A stretch of 64,000 nucleotides of DNA from Leucoraja erinacea (taxonomy: Eukaryota). The notes under the pieces were generated by a model, which was not told the origin of the DNA, ran no database searches, and saw only the letters and a list, made by a program, of their open reading frames with translations. The position numbers and the translations under genes are program-made. Every line of letters begins with the position of its first letter. Position 1 is the first letter of the stretch. The stretch lies in contig NC_073399.1 of the NCBI RefSeq assembly GCF_028641065.1, positions 32,612,001 through 32,676,000 of the forward strand, written 5' to 3'. This document shows, in pieces, positions 38,765-50,368 of the stretch.

Positions 38765-39045
38765 AGTGGTGGCACAGTGGAACAGCAGGAGAGCTGCTGC
38801 CTTACAGCGCCAAAGACCCAGGTTCGACCCTGACTATGGGTGCAGTCTGAACAGAGTTTGTACCTTCTCCCCATGGTTTTACCAGGGTGCTCTGGTTTCC
38901 TCCCATACTACAAAGATGTACAGGTTTGTAGGTTATTTGGTTTTGGTAAAGATTGTAAATTATGTGGGAATCACTGGTCAATGTGGACTTAGTGGGATTG
39001 AAGGGCCTGTTTCCACAATGTATCTCTAAACTAAAACAAAACTGA
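38765..39045 (+). mobile_element. HE1-like tRNA SINE (V-SINE)
   Basis: tRNA head gtggcacagtgg..ggttcgaccc, V-domain gtgctctggtttcctcccatac..caaagatgtacaggtt, CR1-like tail gggcctgtttcc..tatctctaaactaaa. Confidence 0.8.
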
Positions 39046-39699
39046 AACAAAAGTCCCCGGAATTTTATTGAAGTTAATGTGGATGAATTGCAACTTGATG
39101 TGTCGGCTTTGGCAGGGGTGCAAATGCAAACATATCTGGAAGCTGACTCCCACGCAAGTTCAACCTCAAGTTTATGTCATAGGCATGGGTTTGATGAGGT
39201 TCAATGAAATATCTTGCTTACAGCAGCATCATAGGCACATAGACACAGACCACAACTATCTGCAACTAACCCAAGCACATTGCACAATTTGTGCTGCAAT
39301 CCTTGGGTGAGGGGAGTTGTAGGAGAGGGGTGGTCAGAATTGGAGGGCCAGAGAGAGAGGCATTGGGAGATGGAAACAGGGAAGAAAGGCAGGAGAAGCT
39401 AACAGGAAAACGGCAAGAGAAGGAAAGGGGGGAAGCTGGTAGAAATAACAGGGAGAAGTATGGGAGAAGAGGAGCCAATGAGAAAGGAGAGTGGGAAAGG
39501 GAGCAGGGGAGAACATAGCATGGGGAGAGGGGTGGAAGATGGAAGTGGGTTGATACGGGAGAGGGGGAAGTTAAGGAGAGTGGGATTTGAGAGGGGACTG
39601 GGTGTGAAGGCATGGGAATGGAAGCAGGTAAAGAGAGGATATGGGAAGGAGATAAGATCAGGATATGAGAGGCAGAGAAGTAAAGATGTTGGAGGGGGG

Positions 39700-40650
39700 A
39701 TTCAGATTCAGATCCAGATTCAACTTTATTGGCATTGTGCAGTGTACAGTACAGAGACAACAAAATGCAGTTTGCATCTCCCTAGAAGAGTGAGCAATAA
39801 ATAAATCTATTTACATGCAAACAGTCATAGTATTTTTTTCCTGGTGGGAGGAGTGTCCTGGGGGGGGGGGGGGGGGTGATTGGCAGTCACTGAGGTACAG
39901 TGTTGAGTAGTGTAACAGCCGCAGGGAAGAACCTGTTCCTGGACCTGCTGGTCCAGCAACGGAGAGACCAGTAGCGCCTCCCGGATGGTAGGAGGGTAAA
40001 CAGTCATGGTTGGGGTGAGAGCAGTCCTTGGCGATGCTGAGCGCCCTTCGCAGACAACGCTTGCTTTGGACAGACTCAATGGAGGGGAGCGAGGAACCGG
40101 TGATGCATTGGGCAATTTTCACCACCCTCTGCAGTGCTTTCCGGTCGGAGACAGAGCAGTTGCCATACCATACTGTGATACAGTTGGTAAGGATGCTCTC
40201 GATGGTGCAGCGGTAGAAGTTCACCAGAATCTGAGGAGCCAGATGGACCTTCTTCAGTCTCCTCAGGAAGAAGAGACGCTGGTGAGCCTTCTTGACAAGA
40301 GTTGAGGTATTGTGGGTCCAAGAGAGGTCATCGGAGATGTTGACCCCCAGGAACCTGAAGCTGGAAACACGTTCCACCTCCGTCCCGTTGATGTGGATGG
40401 GGGTGTGCGTGCCGCCCCTAGACTTCCTGAAGTCTACAATGAGCTCCTTGGTCTTCTTGGAGTTAAGGGCCAGGTTGTTGTCAGCGCACCATGCTGCTAG
40501 GAGCTGGACCTCCTCCCTATAGGCCGACTCATCGTTGTTGCTGATCAGGCCAATCACCGTTGTATCATCTGCATACTTGATGATGGTGTTAGTCCCATGT
40601 ACAGGTGTGCAGTCGTAAGTGAAGAGGGAGTAGAGGAGGGGGGTGAGGAG
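39700..40650 (-). mobile_element. Rex1/Babar RT 3' half
   Basis: PLLYSLFTYDC..IIKYADDTTVIG..QRLFFLRRLKK..NFYRCTIESIL; (TCTGAA)n tail. Confidence 0.93.
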
Positions 40651-40690
40651 TGAGGAGCGCAGGAGGAATAAATTGAACAAGAGGAGTTTC

Positions 40691-41325
40691 TGTGATGTTT
40701 GGTGGATTGTTGGGGTGGGAGGACCCGTTGTTCCACCCGTGACTCAGCTGGCACTGCACAGGACAAAGGGAGATGTTTTGTATATAGTTCTCTCATGTAT
40801 GTGTGTCTGAATGTGCAGCCATTATCAGTTGTCTTGCTGCCAGCATTGAATAAAGCATTAGACTTCTATTGCAAATTGAAGGCTGTTAAGTTTTTTGCCG
40901 ACCTAGAAAACAAACATGAAAATGGTGTCAGAAGTGGGATACTTCAGATTCCATCCAAAGACTCAGATAAGAGCCTATTTTTTGATTGAAAAAAAACTAA
41001 CCACCATGTCTCGGCAATTTGATCGTTTTGATCCCGAGCGAAAAAGGTGGACGTATTTAATGCGCGCTGAGTTTTATTTTGAAAGTATGGCAATTACGAC
41101 TGACCAGAGGAAGAAGGCTCTCTTGTGTTCATCAATATCTCCAGAAAGGTTTGCACTGCATCAAAATGTATTTCCAGAAGAAGTAACTGAAGTTTCATTT
41201 GCTGAAATCACAATGGCTTTGCAGCTGCATTTCGAAGAAAGTCGAAATTTCCTAACAGTTCGCCTTGATTTCTACAGGACGGTGTAATAGAAAGGGCAAT
41301 CCATCACCGAATATCAAACCTGCGC
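40691..41325 (+). mobile_element. Gypsy LTR retrotransposon 5' fragment: LTR, tRNA-Leu PBS and gag
   Basis: TG-started LTR-like segment with AATAAA (about 40849); PBS TGGTGTCAGAAGTGGGAT (40923-40940). Gag-like FDRFDPE..W..FYFE..KKALL..SFAEI..LHF..RLDFY...GQSITEY. Confidence 0.8.
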
Positions 41326-42014
41326 TTCATCCTCCGCTATAGGATCTTTGGTCGGGAGTCAGACGGGCGCGGTGCCCCCAGGCCCACAGGCAGCACTAAA
41401 CCCAGCTCAACTCTGCCTGTCCCGCCAGGTGAGTCTACAGCCCTTCCTGGACTGGCGGGAAATATGGCCAGCATGGAGAAGCAGCACTGGTGTCCCATCA
41501 GTCCAGACAGGGCTGTAGTTAACCCGGTGAGACAGGCAGAGTTGAGCTGCATTTAGCGCTGGATTGAGCCTCCGAAGCCTCGTGCGCGTGTGTGTGTGCG
41601 AGTGGGCGCATGCGCGCGCTGCGGCAAAAAAATTGTGTCCCCCGGTTCCCTCCATGTTTTGATAGCGAGTTCCGCTCTTGGTCATGTGCACCATGAAAAG
41701 CTTGGTTCTGAAGAACGGTCCAGACCCAAAATGTCACCAACACATTTTCCCCAGAGATACTGCCTGACCCGCTGAGTTACTCCAACACATGGTGTCTATC
41801 TTTGGGTTCAGTGCGGCCTAGGTATCTGTAGATCGCATATGACTCATGTTTTCAGTTGTATAATACTGCTTGCCTCAAAGGGACATTATTAATTGTTTCA
41901 AGAAACTGAGTGAAATGTCACTGGGTGCTCTGACATCATATCCAGGTGTAGATACATCAGAGGTTTTACTTCTACAGAATTGACATTGTCAGTCTTAATT
42001 GCAAGGGTAGAGAC

Positions 42015-42630
42015 CTCTCTGTATAAGGTCCTGGTGAGACGGCATCTGGAATACCGTGTGCACATTTGGTTTCTCATCCTATGGAATAATAAACTTGGAA
42101 CTGAGAGCTTGCAACTTGCAATGAAAAGTCTGACTCCTGGGAGTGGGGCGAGGTGGATAGAAATGATCCTTATGAGAATGATCCCAGGGATGATAGGGTT
42201 AATATATGCGGAGCGTTTGATGGCTCTGGGCCCGTACCCGCTGCAGTTTAGAAGGATGAGGGGTGATCTACCGGACAATGAAAGGCATGGATAGAGTGGA
42301 CGTTGAGAGGATGTTTCCAGAATGGGAGAGTCTAGAATCAGAGGACATAGACTCAGAATAAAAGGACGTACTTTTAGATTGAAGATGAGGAATTTATTTT
42401 GCCAGAGGGTGGCGAATCTGTGGAATGCATTGCCACCGATGGCTGCGGAGGTCAAGTCATCGGGGATTTTTAAAGTGGAGATTGACAGATTCTTGAGTAG
42501 TAAGGGCTTCAAAGGTTATGTGGAGAATGGAGCTGAGAGAGAAAAATAGATCAGCCATGATTTAATGGCGGCATAGACTTGATGGGTCGAATGGCCTAAT
42601 TCAGCTCCTTATGTCTTATGGTCTTATGAT
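42015..42630 (+). mobile_element. Old CR1 3' fragment
   Basis: LYKVLVRRHLEY, RGHRLRIKG, RVANLWNALP; cttatggt tail. Confidence 0.85.
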
Positions 42631-43336
42631 TGAGGTGGGGAGGGAGGAAGGAGAGATTGAGCAGACTCTGCCTACATATCACTTACCACATAATATTCTT
42701 ATGTTTGGGCCCAGCTAAATTGCAAATGATATTCTGTACTTAACCCTGTGCCTGCCTCTGCACATTCCGCTAATTCATTTTATGGACAAGAAGGTGCCTG
42801 TACCCACAAAACAGGTCACAGGGCCCTACATCAGCCTCGTGTTTAGCTTTTATGAGGTGCCGACACATAGCATCGGTGAGTTACTGTGAGTTACAGGCCC
42901 AGATTCTACCCTCCTTTTATACTCTGTGTGGCTCTCTTTCCTGCGTAGCTTTAAAGTCAGCCGATCAACCGAAAAGATTAAAAATAGTGAATTAGGAGTG
43001 TGTTGGTGGTGTATTAATAGTCCAGAAACCTGCCAATATGGGTGCTAGATAATCAGAATCGCCATTTACTGTGGCGATTACTTGTATTATATTGAAGGAT
43101 ACAGCATGGAAACAGGACTTTACGCCCATCAAGTCCATGCCAACTACTGATCATCTGTTCACATTCGTTCTATGTCATCCCACTTTCTCATCCACTCCCT
43201 ACGTGCTAAGGGCAATTTACAGAGGACAAATAACCTATAAACCTGCACGCCTTCGGGATATGGGAGGAAACCGGAGCACCCGGAGGAAACGCACACGGTC
43301 ACGGGGATCTGACACCAAGATTCACTATCTTCTTTA

Positions 43337-43722
43337 CCCACATCAGCCGGTCTCCTCTCCATCCACAAGTCCAACCTCCGCAGTTTTGGGGACAGAGCCT
43401 TCTCCAGGGCAGCTCCCAGGCTCTGGAACTCCCTCCCCCAACTGATCCACAATTCCGTGTCCCTCACCATCTTCCAGTCCCGCCTCAAGACCCATCTCTT
43501 CACCTCTGCCTATCCTTAGCCCCACGTCCCCCTCCCTTTTCATCTGTGCTTGAATTGCCTCATATTGTGTTTTGAATTGAATTCTGTCTTTAATTTGTGT
43601 ACTAGTCATGTCTCTACTATTTATTTAATTCCCCTTACATGTTTTTCCTCTACTTGCTAAATTTTAGTAAGGTGTCCTTGAGACTCTTGAAAGGCGCCCA
43701 TAAATAAAATGTATTATTATTA
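43337..43722 (+). mobile_element. L2 3' end (same family as 3290-3838)
   Basis: Near identity to about 3445-3830. Confidence 0.88.
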
Positions 43723-44039
43723 ATATTCTTTATTTAGTTAGAAATAATGGGAAAAGTTGATGAATTAACACAGATACTATATTCATGAAGCAGTTTAGAG
43801 AGTCAACAAATATTTTTTTATCTCACTTTCCTACCAATGGGCTGTGTGGAGTTTTCTCGATTCAAGAATACTTTACTGTTACATGTACCAAGGTACATTA
43901 AAATTCTTTGCTTTAATAGAATCATACTACAGATAAGCACAATCATAAATACGTTTTTTAAAAAGCGTAATAATTGTAGCGTAATAGTAGACAAATAGTC
44001 ACCAAGTTTCTGGTGCCAGCAAAGTTCCAAAGTGCTTAC

Positions 44040-44110
44040 GAATGCAGGCATATCTTGGCCTGAAAGGCCCGTTGTCATGGCAACGCTCCTCCATCTGCCG
44101 CCATCTTTAA
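44040..44110 (-). promoter_or_regulatory. YY1 + RFX X-box module with downstream splice donor
   Basis: GTTGTCATGGCAAC (44071-44084; 13/14 match to the palindromic X-box), GCCGCCATCTT (44097-44107), donor TTC|GTAAGCA at 44039. Confidence 0.5.
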
Positions 44111-44349
44111 ATTGGCCCTTTGTCCAGCGGCCCCATCACAAACACTGGTGTAGCATTAGCCTACAGATGTTGTACAAGACTTTAAGTTTATGACAGTGTT
44201 TATTGTTGAAGGAACTATAACTGCCATTGTACCAATATATAATGTCACAAAACAGTCTGCAGAGAGGCAAGAGATGCATCCAGTGAAGTAGTAGCACTTG
44301 GTTGCACTGTCTGAGAGGCAGAAGTGGTTCTTATTAATGTCAGTATACC

Positions 44350-45089
44350 TTGCTGATGACACTGTGGTGGTGGGCCTGATCTCAGACAATGATGAGAGGG
44401 CCTACCGGGAGGAGGTGGCTGATCTAGCACTCTGGTGCCAGGATAACAGCCTCCTCTTGAACATCAAAAAAACGAAGGAGCTGATCATGGACTTTAGGAG
44501 GGCACATCATCCGAGGACGTACACTCCATTGAGTATAAATGGGGATCCTGTGGATAGGGTGAACTGTTTTAAATATCTGGGAGTCCTCATCTCTGAGGAT
44601 ATGACATGGTCATCACACGCCTCAGCAATGGTGAGTAAGGCAAGGCAGCGCCTTTACCACCTCAGGCAATTGAGGAAATTCAGAGTGTCTCGGAGGATCC
44701 TCCAGTGCTTCTACGCAGCGGCGGTGGAAAGCATCTTGTCCGGGAACATTACCATCTGGTTCGGGAATTGCTCTGCCAAGGACAAGAAGGCTCTGCGGAG
44801 AGTAGTGCGTTCGGCCGAACGCACTATGGGAACTTCACTCACCCCCCTGCAGGAACTATACAACAGGAGGTGCAACTCCAGAGCAAATAAAATCATGAGA
44901 GACCTCTTCCACCCCCTGCAACAGACTTGGCCAGCCGCTACGGTCAGGCAAACGCCTCCGTTGCCATGCAGTGAGAACAGAGAGGTTGAGAAGGAGTTTC
45001 TTCCCAGAGGCAATTCGGACTGTAAACGCCATTCTCACCAGGGACTAACTTTACAGAACGTTTTTCCTTCTATTATTTATTATGTAAAA
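44350..45089 (+). mobile_element. Rex1/Babar RT 3' part flanked by a 115-bp direct repeat
   Basis: ADDTVVVGLIS..KTKELIMDFRR..FKYLGV..RQRLYHLRQLRKF. 44222-44336 equals 45090-45204. Same family 3' ends at about 26070-26390 (+) and 56268-56590 (-). Confidence 0.92.
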
Positions 45090-45224
45090 TGCCATTGTAC
45101 CAATATATAATGTCACAAAACAGTCTGCAGAGAGGCAAGAGATGCATCCAGTGAAGTAGTAGCACTTGGTTGCACTGTCTGAGAGGCAGAAGTGGTTCTT
45201 ATTACTTGACTTGTATCTCCAAAG

Positions 45225-46015
45225 GAGATTGTGATTTACTTTAGGAAGTGAAGCAGTGCACTCACGCCAGTCTACATTGATGGTGCCAAAGTAGAGATGG
45301 TCGAAAGCTTCAGGTTCTGAGGAATAAATATCACCAGCAATTTGTCCTGGATTAGCCACATGAAAGCTATGGCCAAGACAGCTCACCAATGCCTCTTCTT
45401 CCTTAGAAGGCTGAGGAAGTTCGGTATGTCCCTAACAACCCTCACCAACCTCTAGAGATGTGTCGTGGAAAGCAATTTATTAGGATGCATCACAGTATGG
45501 TTTGGGAACAGCTCAATCCAAGACCGCAAGAGTTGTGGTCGAAGCCCAGACAATCACGTAAACCAAACTCCATTCCATTGACTCCATCTACACTTCACGC
45601 TGCCTCGGCAAGGCCACCAGCATAATCACAGATCAGTCTCACCTGGTTACTCCCTCTTCTCCCCACTCCCCTCAGGCAAGGGATGCGGAAATTTAAAAAC
45701 GCATACCTCCAGTTTCATGGACATTTTCTTCCCAGTGGCTATCGGCCAACTGAACGATCCTATCATCAGCAAGAGTATGGTCTTGAACTCCCATCTAACA
45801 AACTGGAGACCTGAACTATCTTTAATTGAACTTTATTGCACGTTAGATTGTATGAAATGTTGTGGCCTTTATTTGTACCCTTTATCCTTTATCTGTGCAT
45901 TATGGATGACTTGATTGTAATCATGTATAGTATGTTATTTTTGACTGGATAGCATGCAAACGAAAGCATTTCACTGCACCTCGGTACACGTGACAATAAT
46001 AAACTAAACTAACTT
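45225..46015 (+). mobile_element. Older Rex1/Babar 3' fragment
   Basis: Decayed EIVI.FRK, SFRF.G.NI, FFLRRLRKFG; tail cacgtgacaataataaactaaact. Confidence 0.75.
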
Positions 46016-46098
46016 AAACTAATTAATCTGAAGAAGAGTCCCAACCCTAAATGTCACCAGTCATGTTCTCCAGACATGCTGCCTGATCCATTGAGTTA

Positions 46099-47915
46099 AG
46101 CCCCTGCCTCACTCAGGTGACCTCCACCACGAGTTCTGGCGATCTTGCCCGCGACCCATAGTTGCGGGAAGGTTGCCACGAGGTTGTAGGAGGTCTTCGT
46201 CACTCTCCTTCATGGTCGAGAGTGGTCTCCGCATGGTCGAGGCTTCAGCTAAGTCGCGGCGTATTTTATCAATATGTTAAAAATTGACCGCGACTAAAAA
46301 ATAGGTCGCCGTGGGAAAAATCGATACTTTTTTAGTCGTAGGTCTAGTTGAAGTCAATCGTAGTAAGTCGTGATGCTAGTCGTAGGTAGTTGAAGGTAAT
46401 AGCTCTGGGGTGACAAAAAGTCAGTAGAAAAAAAAGGTACTGTAAACAGCAGAACGTCACCTCTGTCACTCCAGGGCATGTTCATTCATAGCTGGAGAGT
46501 TTTGTTGGAGAGGAGAATTGTGTTTCAGAGATGGCACACAAAAGGCAGCAGCGCAGGGGAATGGCACAACCCTAAAAAAACCTGCCATGCGGGTATTGCC
46601 CACCCAGGAGGTGAACCCACAGGAGGTGATAGTGCAGGAGGAGGTAGCCCTGCATGAGAGACCCCTGGAGGAGGAGACCAGGGTGTTAGTATATGTCCCC
46701 ACCACCACCCCATCCTTCACTGCCTCATTTGAAGGCATCAAAGCAGCCCTTTCTCCTGTGTCTGACACAGCATCAGAGGCAGATGCCCCATTGGTGGTGA
46801 GGGAGGGCTGGAGAAAGGTTATGCCCTACACCTTCACCAGGCAGCAGGAGGAGGACCTTGAGGAATGGTTCCAGCAGAATGCCATCCTGTACGATAAGGA
46901 AAATGAGGGGTACAGGGACAGGGACAAGGATGGCACGCTTGCCATCCACTGCCCCACATGTGTGCCTAAAAAGTTCCATCTTTTGTCAAAGCCCAGCGCC
47001 ACTCTCTTCCAGTCATCTGGTTTACTGGGACAGTCCATCACATAGAAACATAGAAAATAGGTGCAGGAGTAGGCCATTCGGCCCTTCGAGCCTGCACCGC
47101 CATGGCTGATCATCCAACTCAGTATCCCGTACCTGCCTTCTCTCCATACCCCCTGATCCCTTTAGCAACAAGGGCCACATCTAGCTCCCTCTTAAACATA
47201 GACAATGAACTGGCCTCAACTACCTTCTGTGGCAGAGAATTCCACAGATTCACCACTCTCTGTGTAAAAAATGATTTTCTCATCTCGGACCTACAAGACT
47301 TCCCTCTTATCCTTAAACTTTGACCCCACCACCTCCATTCACCCATTGAGACCTCTTCTTGTAATTCCTTTTCACCCTTGCTCTTCCCCTTCTGCCTTTC
47401 TTAAAAGGCTGTTGAAGCAAAAGGGCTACTGCAAACAGCAGTAGTTGTATGTTTTACTAACATCCTCCAAACTAGTTCCTTCCTTGCTTGCACGGTTCAG
47501 AATGATTAAAACAAAACCTGGGAGGCATTTTTTAGTGAGAAAAATTGCAGACATGACATAATTTTATCAGGTGATCATTTGAGCTGTAGACACTTGCCAC
47601 TGGTCGTTGTTGGTTGTCGGTGTGGTCCTCTGAGGTCAAAGGGGGTTGTGCTCATTCACGGACCAATTTGCCAGAGACCATCCTCGAGTAAAACGTACAT
47701 GGTTGAAGCCAGTCTTCAACATAGTCGTAGGAGGTCGAAAGAGGTCAAAGGAGGACTTCTTTGCAGTCCAGGGAGGTCTTCAACATAGTTGTAGGAGGTC
47801 GTACACATACTCAAGAAAGGTCGTAGGTCGTAGGTCACCGAAACCTTGATTTTTTTTTTAGTCGCTTAAGGTCGCCAGAACTCGTGGTGGATGTCTCCCA
47901 AGTAGGACAGGCCCT
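46099..47915. mobile_element. PIF/Harbinger deletion derivative with Myb/MADF-like ORF (+) and DDE transposase remnant (-); CR1 end nested at about 47040-47325
   Basis: TTA TSD (46096-98, 47916-18) within the host repeat gagTTActccag; ~48-bp imperfect TIRs sharing tccaccacgagttctggcga. FTRQQEEDLEEWFQQNAILYDKENEGYRD on plus; DWKRVALGFDKRWNF/HTCGAVDGK on minus. Confidence 0.87.
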
Positions 47916-49837
47916 TTACTCCAGTACTTTGTGTAGTTATTTGTAAAGCAGTAAATACAGTCCTTATTTCTTCACTGAATCCATGTCATCACTCCCACTC
48001 TCCACTTTCTTTCCCCAAGTCACTGACATGAAGCGGTTCACCAGTTCTTTGCAAATGTATCAGGTGAAAAAATTGATAATTTTCCCACAGGATTTTTTGA
48101 GGTGTGACAGGAACTAAGAAACTAGTAACATGTTTTCTCAAATGAAAACCAATGACGGTGTTGTACACATTTACATTTAGTTGGTTAGTGTAGTTTATTG
48201 CCATATGTACTGAGGTACAGTGAAAAGCTTTTTTGTTGCGTGCTAACCAGCCAAGACAATACATGATTACAATTGAACCATCCACAGTGCACAGATATAT
48301 GATAATGGAAATAATGCTTAGTGCAAGATAAAGTCCAATAACGTTCGATTAAAGATAGTCTGAGGTTCTCCAGTGAGGTAGATAGTAGCTCGGGACTGCT
48401 TTCTAGTTGTTGATAGGATGGTTCAGTTGCCTGATAATGGCTGGGAAGAAACTGTCCCTAAAGTCTGGAGGTGTGCGTTTTCACACTTCTGCTCCTCTTG
48501 CCTGATGGGAGAGGGGAGAAGAGGGAGTGACCGGGGTGAAACAGGTCCTTGATTATGCTGGTGGCCTTTCCAAGCTGCGTGAATTGTAGATCGAGTCAAC
48601 GGAAGGGAGGTTGACTAGTGTGATGGTCTGAGCTGCGTCCACAATTAACTGCAATTTCTTGCATGCTGTGAAGCATCCCGATAAAATGCTTTCTATGGGA
48701 CCTCTGTAGAAGTTTGTGAGAGTTGTAGGGGACTTGCCAAACTTCCTAAACCTTCTAAAAGCTTACAGAGAAAGGTTGAACAAGTTAGGGCTTTATTCTT
48801 TGGAGCGCAGATGGTTAAGGGGGGACTTGATAGAGGTCTTTAAAATGATGCGAGGGATAGACAGAGTTGACGTGGATAAGCTTTTCCCACTGAGAGTAGG
48901 GAAGATTCAAACAAGGGGACATGACTTGAGAATTAAGGGACAGAAGTTTAGGGTTAACATGAGGGGGAACTTCTTTACTCAGAGAGTGTTAGCTGTGTGG
49001 AATGAGCTTCCAGTGAAGGTGGTGGAGGCAGGTTCGTTTTTATCATTTAAAAATAAATTGGATAGTTATATGGACGGGAAAGGTATGGAGGGTTATGGTC
49101 TGAGCGCAGGTAGATGGGACTAGGGGATAATACGTGTTCGGCACGGACTAGGAGGGTCAAGATGTCCTGTTTCCGTGCTGTAATTGTTATATGGTTATAT
49201 GGTTATGGTTAAATAAGTAGAGGCATTGGTGTGCTTTCTTGGCCATTGCTTCGATATGGCGAAACAAAATTAGGTTTTATGGACTCATAAGTGGTTTGAT
49301 TTCCCAAAGCTGATGTTTGCCGAATAACAGCATTGTAATTAGTTCACAAAACCGTGTGTGCGGAAATTTTGGTTTTCTTAGCTTTTCTCACATTTATTTT
49401 GCACAAAATAAATGTCTGAGCTTCCACCACAATGGGTCAGGTGCAGAGTCCACTGACATTGTGGTTTGTATGAGGCTGGTCATTATATGAGATGCATTTG
49501 ATGAGAGTGTGAAAGAGCAAACTTTAAAGGAAATATGCAGGGCAACGTTTTTACACAGAGGGTGTGGGGTGCCGGGTATGCGGTGATGGTGGAGCAGATA
49601 TAATAACATTTAAGATGCTTTACAATAAGCGCATTGGTGTGCTGGGAATGGAGAGAGATGGGTGGCACAGCGGTAGAGTTGCTGCCTTACAGCGCCAGAG
49701 ACTCAAGTTCAATCGTGACTGCGGCTTCTGTCTGTACGAAGCTTGTATGTTCTCAACGTGACAGCGTTGGTTTTCCCCCAGTGCTCTGGTTTCCTCCCAC
49801 ACTCCAAAGATGTATGGGTTCGAAGGTTAATTGGCTT

Positions 49838-50368
49838 CTACAGGTGCACAGTAGAGAGCATGCTGACCGGTTGCATCGTGGCTTGGTTCGGCAACTTGAG
49901 CGCCCTGGAGAGGAAAAGACTACAAAAAGTAAAAAACACTGCCCAGTCCATCATCGGGCGGCTCTGACCTTCCTTCCATCGAGGGGATTTATCGCAGTCG
50001 CTGCCTCAAAAAGGCTGGCAGTATCATCAAAGACCCACACCATCATGAACACACACTCATCTCCCTGCTTCCTTCAGGTAGAAGGTACAGGAGCCTGAAG
50101 ACTGCAACAACCAGGTTCAGGAATAGCTACTTCCCCACAGCCATCAGGCTATTAAACCTGGCTCAGACAAAACTCTGATTATTAATAACCCATTATCTGT
50201 TATTTGCACTTTATCAGTTTATTTATTCATGTGTGTATATATTTATATTATGGTGTATGGACACACTGATCTGTTTTGTAGTAAATGCCTACTATGTTCT
50301 GTGTGCTGAAGCAAAGCAAGAATTTCATTGTCCTATCGGGGACACATGACAATAAACTCACTTGAACT
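49838..50368 (+). mobile_element. Rex1/Babar 3' end (same family as 9437-12422) inserted in an HE1 SINE
   Basis: FYRCTVESMLTGCIVAWFGN..; 3' UTR nearly matches the reverse complement of about 9920-10430. Confidence 0.88.

Noticed and set aside
39266-39804. Ser/Pro/Leu-rich and Gly/Arg/Glu-rich ORFs
   Set aside because: Polypurine low-complexity tract.
42686-42740. Strong minus-strand donor GTG|gtaagt
   Set aside because: No convincing acceptor or frame; an isolated donor match is expected by chance.
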